A stretch of 64,000 bases of DNA, from contig CAVQJC010000005.1 in assembly GCA_963712745.1 (NCBI GenBank), positions 160,001 through 224,000 on the forward strand, given 5' to 3'. Within the stretch, counting starts at the first letter, position 1, and every line of letters starts with the position of its first letter. Origin of the DNA: an uncultured Chloroflexia bacterium (GTDB taxonomy: Bacteria; Chloroflexota; Limnocylindria; Limnocylindrales; CSP1-4). The notes beneath the pieces are model-generated. The model was given only the letters and a program-made list of their open reading frames with translations, did not search any database and was not told the origin of the DNA. Positions 49,629 through 61,838 of the stretch are shown one piece after another. The position numbers and the translations under genes were made by a program.

Positions 49629-51624
49629 TCAGAGCTCGTCGGCGAAGCGGCGGAAGAGCGCCACGTCCAGGCGATTGAGCTCGCGCAGCCGCTTGCGCAC
49701 GTCCTTGCCCACGTCTTCCTCGGCGGGACCGGTGGCATGGCGGGGTGGCATCGGCGGGACCGGTGGCATCGGCGGGACCGGTGGCATCGGCGGGATCGGT
49801 GGCATCGGCGGGACCGGCGTTGATCACCGGCGCGACCGGCAGCGTCACACCCAGGACCTTGCCCAGCACCACCAGGCTGCGCGTCATCGAACCGCGGCTG
49901 AGGACGGCATCGAAGTGCGCCTCGACGTTCGCCAGCGCGTCGGTGAGCATGTCGTCCGTGCACGCGCCGAAGGGTGGGTCCGGCCGCCCCGCGAGGGCAC
50001 GGACCATGGCGTTGTCGGCCTCCAGGCGCCGGTCGCCGAAGACCCACTCCTCCAGCGGCGGGAGGGTTTCACCTTCTGCGGCCGCGATGCGCGCCCGGTC
50101 GTTGTAGAGGGAGATGACCCGGCTGACCGGATGGCGGAGCGCGGTGACGTAGCGGGACGGACCGGGGATGTACTGGTGGAACCCGAAGTCGAAGTCACCC
50201 ATCACCAGCGAGAGGGCCGACCGCTCCGCTTCCGGCAGCGCGACGAAGGCCTCCGTCGTGATGGCGCCTTCGACCGGTAGCCCGTCATAGACGTAGCGGC
50301 GATCGTCCGCCGGGACCACCTCTTCCAGCACGCTGCGGAAGGCGCCGCCGGCCGTGCGCGGGAAGTGCATGAACAGCAGCGTGGGGAGGTCTGGATGCGC
50401 CGGAGCGAGGGGGGTCGACCGGGCCGCCAGCTGCTCGCGCAGCGGCTCCAGGCGCCGGGCCGCCTCGTCCGCGAGATGGCCCAGGCCGGAGGGATCGAGG
50501 CTCTCGATGATGAACTCGACCGAACCGCTGCCGTGACGTTCGGCGTCCTGCACCTGCACGTCCATCCAGGCCAGCACGTCCTCGTCGCGCGACCGCCGGA
50601 AGGCGGCCGGGTCCCAGGCCCCGGAGATGTCGAGCCCGAGACGCTCGAAGGCCGCGGGGATGTCCTCCTCGCGCAGCAGCGAGAGCCCGCGGTGGTGCGC
50701 CCAGCGGCCGCTGGGTGCGAGGCCCACCAGGATCGCCCGCGTGGCATCGGCATAGCGGAGCTTGCGCACGCGCGGGAGCAGGTTGGGGCGGGCGATGCGC
50801 TTGCCCTCGCGGCGCACGAGCACGCCGACCGCGGCCTCGATCCGGCCCAGCAGCTGGGGCACGTGGATGGCCGAACCCTCGGCGAACACGATGCGACGCG
50901 ACTCGCGGTAGGCGCGGAGCTGCTCGAGCAGTGGCTGGGTCTCCGGCCGCATGATGCGCACGCCGGACGCCGCGAGTGCGCGCTCGAGGTACGTCTCGCC
51001 CGCGAATCGGGCGGCCATCCCCGCGCGCGAGACGTAGAGGGGGGTGGTGTGGCTGACGTCCGGCGGGCCCAGGCGGCGCTCCGCATGCTCGTCGAGCGCG
51101 TCGAGGTAGGCCTCGCCGGGGCCGGGGCCATCGAGCTGCTCCGCCTGCGGCGCCACGAACAGCTCTCGTGCCAGCACCGGCGCGTCGACCAGGCGGATGC
51201 GGTCCTCGTCGAGGCCGAACCAGTCGAGGATGGCGCGGAAGAAGCCGGGCGTGTCGGCCAGGCTGCGCCAGCCCCGGTCGGGCTTGACCCCGAAGGCGAT
51301 GGGCAACTCCGGTCGCGCCAGCATCGTGGGCAGGAGGCGGGCGGAGAAGTCGGCTACCTGGTGCCCGAACTGCACGTCCACGCCGCCGCCCCAGGCCAGC
51401 GCCTCCACGGGGACCGGCCCCTGCGCGGGTGGGTCGGGGTGGACGTCGATGGGCTCGCCGCCGCGGCAGTGGCGAGCCTCTACCTGCGTCTCCCAGTCGG
51501 GCCAGATGGGCCCGCCGCGGTGCCAGTCGTCGTCCTGCCAGCGGTCGAGCAGCGCCGCGTACGGCACCACCACCACATCGCGGAACGCCTGGCCGCCGGG
51601 GAATGGCCGCTCGTCGGGGGCCAT
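49629..51624 (-). CDS. GT61-like + sulfotransferase family 2 fusion; frameshift in the C-terminal repeat
   Basis: QFGHQVADFSARL, LYVSR, RPETQPLLEQL, FAEGSAIH; then FMHFPRTAGG, RHPVSRVISLY; corrected end LRELNRLDVALFRRFADEL-stop. Confidence 0.8.
49720..49817. repeat. 18-bp tandem repeat x5.5 (GPADAT); one unit is 5 bp short
   Basis: TCGGCGGGACCGGTGGCA units. Confidence 0.85.
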
Positions 51625-51625
51625 C

Positions 51626-52672
51626 TCAGGCGCCACCGACCCGCTTGCCCCTCGCCCGGGACGACGCGTATTCATCGACCCACTTCTTCGAACTCACCCA
51701 GCGACCGTTCGCATCGCGCGAGGCCCGAAGACGGCCACGAAGCGCAGCCTCACGCAATGCTCGGACCGTCAGTCCCGGCTTCGCCAGCGCGCTCAGTGGC
51801 AGCATCCTCACGGGTCCCGCGAGGTTCGGCAGCAGGAAGCGGTCGAGGCTGTCCTTGACCGCTCGAGCGAGCAGCTCGCCCAGCGGGGCATAGTCGCCGG
51901 CGTCAGCCTTGGCCAAGGCCTTGAGGTACCGGGACCTGTCCGCCTTGCGGACGATGGCTGGGGCGTAGCCGAGTCGCACCAGGAGGAGGTTCAGGACGAG
52001 ACGGCCGACACGCCCGTTGCCGTCGCGGAAGGGGTGGATGCGTTCAAAGTCAGCGTGCACTCGAGCCAGACGGACGATCGGATGCTCGTCGGCACCCGGC
52101 CGGCTGTTCACGAGCTTCAGCCAATCACCCATGTGTGCCGGCACCTCAGTCCATGGTGGAGGTTCCATCCCGCTCGGAAACGGCAGGATGTCGCGACGAC
52201 GGTAGTCGCCCGCGCGCTCATCTGGCCCCAGATCGGCGGGAGGTACGGCAGCCCAGACGGGCCCGAGCGTGAGCGAGTGCATGGTGCGCAACTCGGTCGC
52301 GGTCAACAAGCCGCTGGCGCCCCAGGCGTCCGGACTGATCCCCTGGCTGTAGACCCAGTCAGCTGCCCTGGAGTACGCCTCGACCTCGAGGTACTCACGC
52401 AGGTCCCTGTCGCCGACCGCTCGCCCTTCGGCGAGGAGCTCACGGACCTGGTTCATCAGGAGCGTGTTCCCTTCGAGCGCGGTCGAATTGTGCGTCTCTT
52501 CGACCCAGATCCCACGCCAGATCTCGTCATTCTCGTCTGGCGACGGCAGGCCGCCAGTGCGCTCGAGGTCGTCCATCGCGAGATCGACTTGCTCAAGGAT
52601 GAACTTGCGACTCGGACGACCTCGTTCGGGCTTGGTGATGACCATCTGGAACTGGACCCCGGTTTGCGTCAC
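51626..52672 (-). CDS. Fic family AMP-transferase (class II) with C-terminal HTH-like domain
   Basis: HPFRDGNGRVGR Fic motif; N-terminal STALEGN inhibitory motif; C-terminal LSALA..ALREAALRGRLRA..GRWVSSKKWVDEY. Confidence 0.92.
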   Translation of the reverse strand: MTQTGVQFQMVITKPERGRPSRKFILEQVDLAMDDLERTGGLPSPDENDEIWRGIWVEETHNSTALEGNTLLMNQVRELLAEGRAVGDRDLREYLEVEAYSRAADWVYSQGISPDAWGASGLLTATELRTMHSLTLGPVWAAVPPADLGPDERAGDYRRRDILPFPSGMEPPPWTEVPAHMGDWLKLVNSRPGADEHPIVRLARVHADFERIHPFRDGNGRVGRLVLNLLLVRLGYAPAIVRKADRSRYLKALAKADAGDYAPLGELLARAVKDSLDRFLLPNLAGPVRMLPLSALAKPGLTVRALREAALRGRLRASRDANGRWVSSKKWVDEYASSRARGKRVGGA

Positions 52673-52764
52673 CTATGGCCAAGATAATCGCCTGACGCAA
52701 ACCCATCATCGGCGAGAGGGAAGTTTGCGTCAAGAGCGGCCAACTTAATCACTTGACGCAAACC
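52661..52764 (-). promoter_or_regulatory. Double inverted-repeat operator and sigma70-like promoter of the fic gene
   Basis: GTTTGCGTCA-N21-TGACGCAAAC at 52662-52702 and 52723-52763. Minus-strand TTGACG (52733-52728)-N17-GATGAT (52710-52705). Confidence 0.7.
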
Positions 52765-52885
52765 TCGCTCAGGATGACCGGGCTGGCGCCAAGCCGACCA
52801 GCGCAGCAGCGACCATCTGGCGCCGGGCCCGCAGCAGCGACGAAGGGTCAGCCCCTGACCCCACCCTCCTTCGCGTTGGAGAGCG

Positions 52886-53821
52886 CTACTCGAGTCCCAT
52901 CTCGGCTCGGGTGGGCGGCTCGGCACCGGCGCGGGTGCAGTTGATGGCCGCGGCCTGCACGGCGAAGACGACGGCGTCCTCGAGCAGGTGCGCGTCGGCC
53001 AGCTCCCGGCGGCCGAACCCGTGTTCCAGCCAGTAGGCCAGGAGGGAGCCGCCGAACGTGTCGCCGGCACCGACGGTGTCGGAGACCTTGACCTTGGGCA
53101 CAGGCACGCTGAATTCACCGCCGGCGCAGAAGCCACGGGCCACGTCGGCACCCTGGGTCACGAGCACGGCCCCGACCCCCTGGCCCAGCAGCAGACGAGC
53201 GCTCGCCTCCGGCGAGTCGGCCAGGGCGAGGTACGCGAAGTCCTCGTCGCTGCCCTTGACCAGGTCGGCCCGCTCGAGGATCCGCTTCATGCGCGCCTGG
53301 TAGCGGTCGAAATCGGGCGTGGCGGTGGGCCGGCAGTTGGGGTCGACCATCACGAACGTCTCTTCGGGCGCCTCTGCTACCACCGCCGCGAGCGAGTCGG
53401 CGATGGGCTCCATGGCCAGGCCCAGCGTGCCCACGTGGAGGGCGGCAGGCGCGGGATCGAGCGCCCGCCGCGCATCGGCCAGCTCCAGCCCGGGCACGGT
53501 CGTCCGCTCGATGTACCAGTGGTAGTGAGCTACACCGGCCTCGTCGATCTCAGCCAGCACGAGCGTGGTCGGGTCATCGGTATCGACCACCAGCGAGGTG
53601 CCGACACCGTCTTCCTCGAGCCTCCCCCGCAGCAGCTTGCCGAACCAGTCGTCGGAGATGCGGCCGAGGAACTCGACATCACCGCCCAGGCGTGCCACGG
53701 CACGGGCGGCGTTGTACTGTCCCCCGCCGGCGGCCGGGGTGACCGAGCCGTCCCGGCCGATGATGAGGTCGATGAGCGCCTCCCCCGCGATGACCACCCG
53801 TGGCCGGGCCGCACTCGACAT
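52886..53821 (-). CDS. PfkB family carbohydrate kinase (fructokinase-like)
   Basis: AGEALID, GGGQYNAA, DPNCRP, DTVGAGDTF. Confidence 0.92.
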   Translation of the reverse strand: MSSAARPRVVIAGEALIDLIIGRDGSVTPAAGGGQYNAARAVARLGGDVEFLGRISDDWFGKLLRGRLEEDGVGTSLVVDTDDPTTLVLAEIDEAGVAHYHWYIERTTVPGLELADARRALDPAPAALHVGTLGLAMEPIADSLAAVVAEAPEETFVMVDPNCRPTATPDFDRYQARMKRILERADLVKGSDEDFAYLALADSPEASARLLLGQGVGAVLVTQGADVARGFCAGGEFSVPVPKVKVSDTVGAGDTFGGSLLAYWLEHGFGRRELADAHLLEDAVVFAVQAAAINCTRAGAEPPTRAEMGLE

Positions 53822-54436
53822 CTACCAGCCCTCCCCTTCGAGGTATTCGGCCATCGCCCGGGCGGCCTTGCCACGGTGCGACAGCGCATGCTTCTCTGCC
53901 GCGCTCATCTGGCCCACGGTACGCCCACCCGGCGGCTCCGACTCGGGTTCGAAGATGGGGTCATAGCCGAAGCCGCCCGTGCCCCGCGGCGCGGTCGCGA
54001 TGCGGCCCTCGAAGGCTCCGGCCCGGAAGACCGGCTCGGCCGCAGTCCCGGGATCGATGAAGGCCAGCACGCACTGGTAGCGCGCACCTCGCCGTTCTGG
54101 CGGCAGCCCGTCGAGCTCGGCCAGCAGCTTGATGTTGTTGTCCACGTCGGTCGCGTCTTCGCCGGCATAGCGCTTGGTATACACCCCTGGACCTCCGTCG
54201 AGCGCATCGACTTCCAGCCCCGAGTCGTCGGCCAGCGTGGGCAGCCCGGAGCGCTCGGCGTAGTAGCGCGCCTTGATCTCGGCGTTGCCCTCGAACGTCT
54301 GGGCATCCTCGACCGGCTCGCCTTCGAGGCCCACCTCGTCGGGCGTCACCAGCACCACCTCATCGAGGCCCAGCAGCTGCTGCAGCTCGTCCACCTTGTG
54401 GCGCGAGCGCGAGGCCAGCAGCATTCGACGGGTCAT
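53822..54436 (-). CDS. rdgB: Non-canonical purine NTP pyrophosphatase
   Basis: TFEGNAEIKA, LADDSGLEVDALDGGPGVY, GFGYDPIF, EKHALSHRGKA. Confidence 0.95.
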   Translation of the reverse strand: MTRRMLLASRSRHKVDELQQLLGLDEVVLVTPDEVGLEGEPVEDAQTFEGNAEIKARYYAERSGLPTLADDSGLEVDALDGGPGVYTKRYAGEDATDVDNNIKLLAELDGLPPERRGARYQCVLAFIDPGTAAEPVFRAGAFEGRIATAPRGTGGFGYDPIFEPESEPPGGRTVGQMSAAEKHALSHRGKAARAMAEYLEGEGW

Positions 54437-55179
54437 CCCCCCGACTTCCCTGCCTCGCCCTTGAGCACGGCGTCCTGGATCTCGAAGAGCTTCTTGAGGC
54501 CGCCGTCGGCCAGGCCCAGCAGCTCGTCCATCTGGGCCTTGTCGAAGGGCTTGCCCTCGGCGGTTCCCTGCAGCTCGATGTAGGTGCCGGCGTCGGTACC
54601 GATGACGTTGAAGTCGACCTCCGCGGTGGAGTCCTCGCGGTACTCCAGGTCGAGCAGGCCCTGGCCCTCCACGATGCCGACCGAGATGGCGGCGATCTTG
54701 CTCACGATGGCACGCTCGAGGTTGGCCTTGCGCAGGGCCAGCACGAGCGCGATGTAGCCGCCGGTGATCGACGCGCAGCGGGTCCCGCCGTCGGCCTGGA
54801 TGACGTCGCAGTCGACCACCACCGTCTTCTCGCCCATGGCCGAGGTGTCCACCACGCCACGCAAGGAACGGCCGATGAGCCGCTGGATCTCGTAGGTGCG
54901 GCCGCCGAGCTTGCCGCGCACCGACTCGCGCTGCATGCGCTCCGAGGTAGCCGTCGGCAGCATGGCGTACTCGGCGGTGACCCAACCGGTGCCCTTGCCG
55001 CGCAGATGCGGTGGGACGCGGTCCTCGACGGTGGCCGAGCAGAGGACATGGGTGTCACCCTGCTTCCAGATGAGCGAAGCCGAGGCCCACTTCTGGACGT
55101 CCATCTGGATGTTCACGGGGCGCATCTGGCCCGGTGTCCGCCCGTCAAGGCGGTAGCGCGCGCTTCCACCGATGCTCAT
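54433..55179 (-). CDS. rph: Ribonuclease PH
   Basis: GWVTAEYAMLP, GGRTYEIQRLIGRSLR, DCDVIQADGGTRCASITG, IELQGTAE. Confidence 0.97.
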   Translation of the reverse strand: MSIGGSARYRLDGRTPGQMRPVNIQMDVQKWASASLIWKQGDTHVLCSATVEDRVPPHLRGKGTGWVTAEYAMLPTATSERMQRESVRGKLGGRTYEIQRLIGRSLRGVVDTSAMGEKTVVVDCDVIQADGGTRCASITGGYIALVLALRKANLERAIVSKIAAISVGIVEGQGLLDLEYREDSTAEVDFNVIGTDAGTYIELQGTAEGKPFDKAQMDELLGLADGGLKKLFEIQDAVLKGEAGKSGG

Positions 55180-56413
55180 AGACCCTCCTTCTCGATCGTC
55201 TCTTGTCGCTTGGCCAGCTGCCACAGGTCATCGAGCGCGTCGAGTCCCAGGGCCTTGAGCTCCACTCCCTGTTCGTCGGCCAGCCACTCCACGCGGGCGA
55301 ACCGCGCGGCGAACTTCCGACTGGCAGACCGTAGCGCGGCCTCGGGGTCGATGCCGAGCTTGCGCCCCATGTTGACGAGGACGAACAGGAGGTCCCCGTA
55401 TTCCTCGCGGCGCTCGGCGTCGTCGGTGGCGGCCAGCAGCTCCGTGGCCTCCTCGGCGACCTTGTCGATGACGCCCTCCAGGTCCGGCCAGTCATAGCCC
55501 AGGCTGGCGGCACGCCCCTGCATCTCGTCGGCATAGGCCAGCGCGGGCAGCGACTTCGAGAGGCCCTTGAAGGCCTCGGGCATGTCCGGGTCGCGCACCT
55601 TGCTGCCGTTGGCCGCTCGCTCGGCGGCCTTCAACTGCTCCCAGTTGCGCATGACCTCGCCGGGTGTGTCGGCCACCACGTCGCCGAAGACGTGCGGGTG
55701 GCGACTGATGATCTTGTTGGTGATGCCGCGCTGCACGTCGGACATGTCGAAGATGCCGTCCTCCGCCGCGTACTGGGCATGCAGCACGATCTGCAGCAGC
55801 AGGTCGCCGAGCTCCTCGGCCAGGTCGGGTCCGGCACCAGCGTCGATGGCGTCGTAGACCTCGTAGGTCTCCTCCAGCAGGAACGGCTTGAGCGTCTGGT
55901 GGTCCTGCTCACGGTCCCAGGGACAGCCGTCGGGCTGGCGCAGCCGATGCACGAGCCAGGGCAGGCCGAACATGCTGGCGGGGTTGAGGGCGGGGTCGAG
56001 CGCGGGCAGCAGGTGCGGGCCGGCCGCGAGGGCGTCCGCGGTGACGGTGCCCACGGTGGCGTCGGCCTGGCTGCCGAGGACGGGGTGGTCGGCGGGATAG
56101 AGCCGGTGCAGCAGCGAGACGGGGTCGGCACCGTGGCCGTGGCGGCCGGGCAGCATGGCGTAGGGGTCGTCGGCCGCCGGCGGGGCGTCGTGGTGGGGGC
56201 GTCGGCCGTGGGGGCGACGTTGGTGGGGGCGTCGGCCGTGGGGGCGTCGGCCGTGGGGGCGTCGGCCTGCGGCGGCAGGATGAGCAGGGCCATACCCGCG
56301 TCGAACGGTCGCGCCACCAACCGGTCGAGGGCCACGAGCTGGAGACCCTCGGCAGGGTCGATCCCGGCACGCGCCAGCAAGGCGGTGGTGGCGGGGTCTG
56401 TGAGGGCGGACAC
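55176..56413 (-). CDS. mazG: Nucleoside triphosphate pyrophosphohydrolase with YabN-like N-terminal remnant; frameshift at repeat ~56180
   Basis: GCPWDREQ, EETYEV, EELGDLL, RHPHVFG, EEYGDLLF; upstream ORF 56413 joins across the ADAPT repeat. Confidence 0.9.
56193..56267. repeat. 15-bp tandem repeat x5 (ADAPT)
   Basis: GTGGGGGCGTCGGCC units. Confidence 0.85.
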
Positions 56414-56441
56414 GTGGCGCTGCTTCGTCGTGCTCGGGCGC

Positions 56442-58905
<2,464 letters not shown>

Positions 58906-59079
58906 GCGAGGACGGTCTCCGGTGTTGGTCGTATCGCGGGATGTGCGTCGCGGGCGGCGCTCACTGGGGGGCGTCCCATCGCTCCGGCGCGCCGCCGCAG
59001 TCTAGCGTGTCACGGCCGAGTCCCGCGTGCCTGCCCGCCCGGCTGGCTGCGGGCGTGGGGCCTGGCCGTCGGCGATCGT

Positions 59080-59252
59080 GGCCGCTCGGCCGTCGGGTTC
59101 ACAGCTGCTCGGCCGTCGGGGTTCGTGGCCGGGCCGGCGGCGATCGTGCCTGGTCAGCCGTCGGTGGCGGCCGCTCGGCCGTCGGGGTTCGTGCCGGGCC
59201 AGCCGTCGGGGTTCGTGCCTGGTCAGCCGTCGGGGTTCGCGGCCGCTCGGCT
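59080..59252. repeat. Degenerate intergenic tandem repeat (GCCGTCGGGGTTCG core, ~21-27 bp)
   Basis: At least five copies of GCCGTCGG(G)GTTC interleaved with GGCCGCTCG and TGCCTGGTCA. Confidence 0.7.
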
Positions 59253-59289
59253 GCAGCGGCTGTACCCGGCTCGGCCTGGAGGGTTCAGG

Positions 59290-59468
59290 TTCTTCGCGAT
59301 CATTGCACGACTCGGCCGCGATCTCGGTGTTTCGGGGCCGTCCAGGCACTCAGTGTCGCCACCGGCACGCGCTGTCGAGCGTGGCGTGGCGGCCTGGAGG
59401 GCGTCGCTCCGGCCGAGCAGGCGCCCGAGTAGGGCGTGGCGCCCGCTTCGTTCAATGATTGCGAAGAA
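59290..59468. mobile_element. Putative MITE-like element with 21-bp terminal inverted repeats
   Basis: TTCTTCGCGATCATTGCACGA (59290-59310) and TCGTTCAATGATTGCGAAGAA (59448-59468) are 19/21 complementary; no transposase; no clear TSD. Confidence 0.5.
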
Positions 59469-59473
59469 GCTGC

Positions 59474-59573
59474 CACGGGGGGCGCTCAGGGGAGACGTGA
59501 TGGCCGCTTCGTGGTCACGTGGGGCGCTCAGGGGAGACGTGATGGCCACTCCGTGGGCGCGTAGGGCGCTCAG
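59474..59573. repeat. 42-bp tandem repeat x2.4
   Basis: CACG(G/T)GGGGCGCTCAGGGGAGACGTGATGGCC... at 59474 and 59516, partial at 59558. Confidence 0.85.
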
Positions 59574-59626
59574 CGGCGGCCCGCCGAGGCTCCGGCTGAC
59601 CACGCCTCGGGCGGTTTCGGGCGCTG

Positions 59627-60673
59627 CTACGCGTCGGTGGACTGCTCCAGTCGCCAGGAGTACTGCGCCCTGTAGTAGTCGTGCCAGTCGCCGCTCTTGA
59701 TGGGCTCCCACCAGTCGCGATGGGAGGCATACCAGTCGACGGTCAGGGCGATGCCGTCTTCGAACGACGTAGCGGGTTCCCAGCCGAGCCCCCGCAGGCG
59801 AGACCCGTCGAGCGCGTAACGTCGGTCGTGGCCCGGACGATCCGGCACCGTGCGCACCAGCGACCAGGGCTTGTCCAGGTGCCCCAGGATGGCCTCGGTC
59901 ACCGCGCGGTTCGGCCGCTCAACGCCGTCGCCGGGGATGTTGTAGGCGGAGCCGGCCTCGCCCCGGTCGAGCACGACGCCGATGCCGTCGGCGTGGTCGG
60001 CCACGAAGAGCCAGTCACGGCGCTGCATGCCGTCGCCGTACATCGGCAGCGGCTCGTCATCGAGCGCGTTGGTGACGAAGAGCGGTATGAGCTTCTCGGG
60101 ATACTGGTTGGGGCCGTAGGTGTTGGCGCCGCGGGTGATGACCGTGTCGAGGCCGTGGGTCTCGTGATAGGCCGCCACCAGGTGCTCGCCCGCTGCCTTG
60201 GCCGCGCTGTAGGGCGAAGTCGGACGGATGGGATCGGACTCGACCGACAGCCCCTCCGGCACGGGTCCGTAGACCTCGTCGGTGGAGACCTGCACCATGC
60301 GGAAGGCGCCGTCGCGCTTCTCCGATTCCGCGCGCGCCGCCTCCAGTAGCGAGTACACGCCCATGACCCCCGTGTGCAGGAAGGCGGTCGGCTCGAGGAT
60401 GGAGCGGTCGACGTGCGATTCGGCCGCGAAGTTGACGATGGCGTCGCAGTCGGCCGCCAATTCCTTCATCAGCGGCTCGTCGGCGATGTCCGCCTGCACG
60501 AAGCGGTAGCGGTCGCTGGTGGCGGGGTCGTCGCCGAGCCCCGCGAGGTTGGCGGGGTTGCCGGCGTAGGTGAGCTTGTCAACGACAGTGATGTGATCGT
60601 CGGTGCCGGCCAACCGCCGATGGACGAAGGTCGAGCCGATGAAGCCGGCGCCGCCGGTGACGAGGGTCCTCAT
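59627..60673 (-). CDS. rmlB: dTDP-glucose 4,6-dehydratase
   Basis: VTGGAGFIG, DKLTYAGN, FAAESHVDRSI, VSTDEVYG, YSAAKA, PEKLIP, DRPGHDRRY. Confidence 0.96.
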   Translation of the reverse strand: MRTLVTGGAGFIGSTFVHRRLAGTDDHITVVDKLTYAGNPANLAGLGDDPATSDRYRFVQADIADEPLMKELAADCDAIVNFAAESHVDRSILEPTAFLHTGVMGVYSLLEAARAESEKRDGAFRMVQVSTDEVYGPVPEGLSVESDPIRPTSPYSAAKAAGEHLVAAYHETHGLDTVITRGANTYGPNQYPEKLIPLFVTNALDDEPLPMYGDGMQRRDWLFVADHADGIGVVLDRGEAGSAYNIPGDGVERPNRAVTEAILGHLDKPWSLVRTVPDRPGHDRRYALDGSRLRGLGWEPATSFEDGIALTVDWYASHRDWWEPIKSGDWHDYYRAQYSWRLEQSTDA

Positions 60674-61837
60674 GCTCGAAGTCTAGCGGCGGGGTCGCGG
60701 TAGGCCGGGAAGTGCGCGCTGTCAGTGGTGCCGGCCGCGAGGTTCAACTCGTCGTAGGCGACGCGGTCCACGATGCGGCCACAGAGGTAGGAGGGACGGG
60801 TCTGGTCGGTCCAGCCATCCATGAACGCGATCTCCGCCGCGGCCATGTCCACCACGCCCGCGCTGGCACCATCGGCTGAGATGGCACTATCGGCCGAGCT
60901 GGCACCATTGGCAGCGCCCAAACCATGGACCGAGCTGGCACCATCGGCCGAGCTGGCACCATCGGCCGAGCTGGGACCAACGCCCGAGCTGGCACCATCG
61001 GCCGCGCTCCCATCATCGGCCGAGCTGGCACCAACGCCCGCGCCCGCACCAGTGCCCAGGTCCACCGTGCCCAGATCCAGCCGCCAGAGCCCTCGGCCGG
61101 CCATGTCCTGGGCCGCTGCGCCGATGAGCGCGTAGCGCGCACCCAGCTCCTCGCCGGTCTCGCTCGTCACGAGCGCCTGCAGATGCGCATCGTCACCGCT
61201 CACGTAGACGAGGCCGAAGGCGACGGGCCCGTCCTCGGCCACGGCCGTGAGCCCGACGCAGCCGGGCACAGACAGCTGCCGCTCCAGCGCGGCCCGCCCC
61301 AACGGGATGGAATCGGCGCCTGGCAGGTTGAACGGCCTCCGAGATGTGCCGACACGCAGGGCAGCCCAGTCGTCGAGCCGGCCGACTGGTGCGTCCTCGA
61401 TGTCGACATCGACCAGTCCCATCGCTCGTCGCACCGCGCGGCGGTGGTCGCGAGCGGGCCAGAAGGTGGCCAGGTCAGCCACGTAGTGCTGGGCATGGAC
61501 ACGGACCAGGTCGGGAAAGGCCTCGCGCGCCGACGCCTCGGTCAGCGGAGCGAGCGGATCGGTCAGGGCCCTGACCGTGACGACGTCGACCAGGTCGGCC
61601 GTCTCGAGCAGGTCGCGATCGAAGGCGCGCCAGTCGCGGCAGACCAGCCAGGGGTCGCCCATGACCGCGTCGCGCCGGGCGGATCCGGGGACGGTGCGGG
61701 TGAGCATCCAGGCTCCGCTGCGACGAAGGTGGCGAACCTCGCCGACCTCGGCGTAGGCCTCGGCATAGGCCGGGTGCAGGTAGCCCAGGCGTCCGGCAGC
61801 GGCGAACAGGTCGCTCCACCGGGAGCAGCTCGTCCAC
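60670..61837 (-). CDS. GNAT/FemAB-like acyltransferase with repeat insertion; probable extra G at ~61816
   Basis: GYLHPAYAEA, AWMLTR, LDLG, GRIVDR, FPAYR; GTG 61837 joins the frame on removing one base; paralog of 12340-13272. Confidence 0.7.
60860..61050. repeat. 18-bp in-frame tandem repeat ~x10 (ASSADG)
   Basis: GAGCTGGCACCATCGGCC and variants. Confidence 0.85.
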
Positions 61838-61838
61838 G

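Noticed and set aside
51626-52800. Prophage or IS around the fic gene
   Set aside because: No integrase, transposase or phage structural gene, and no matching repeat found at the other end of fic.
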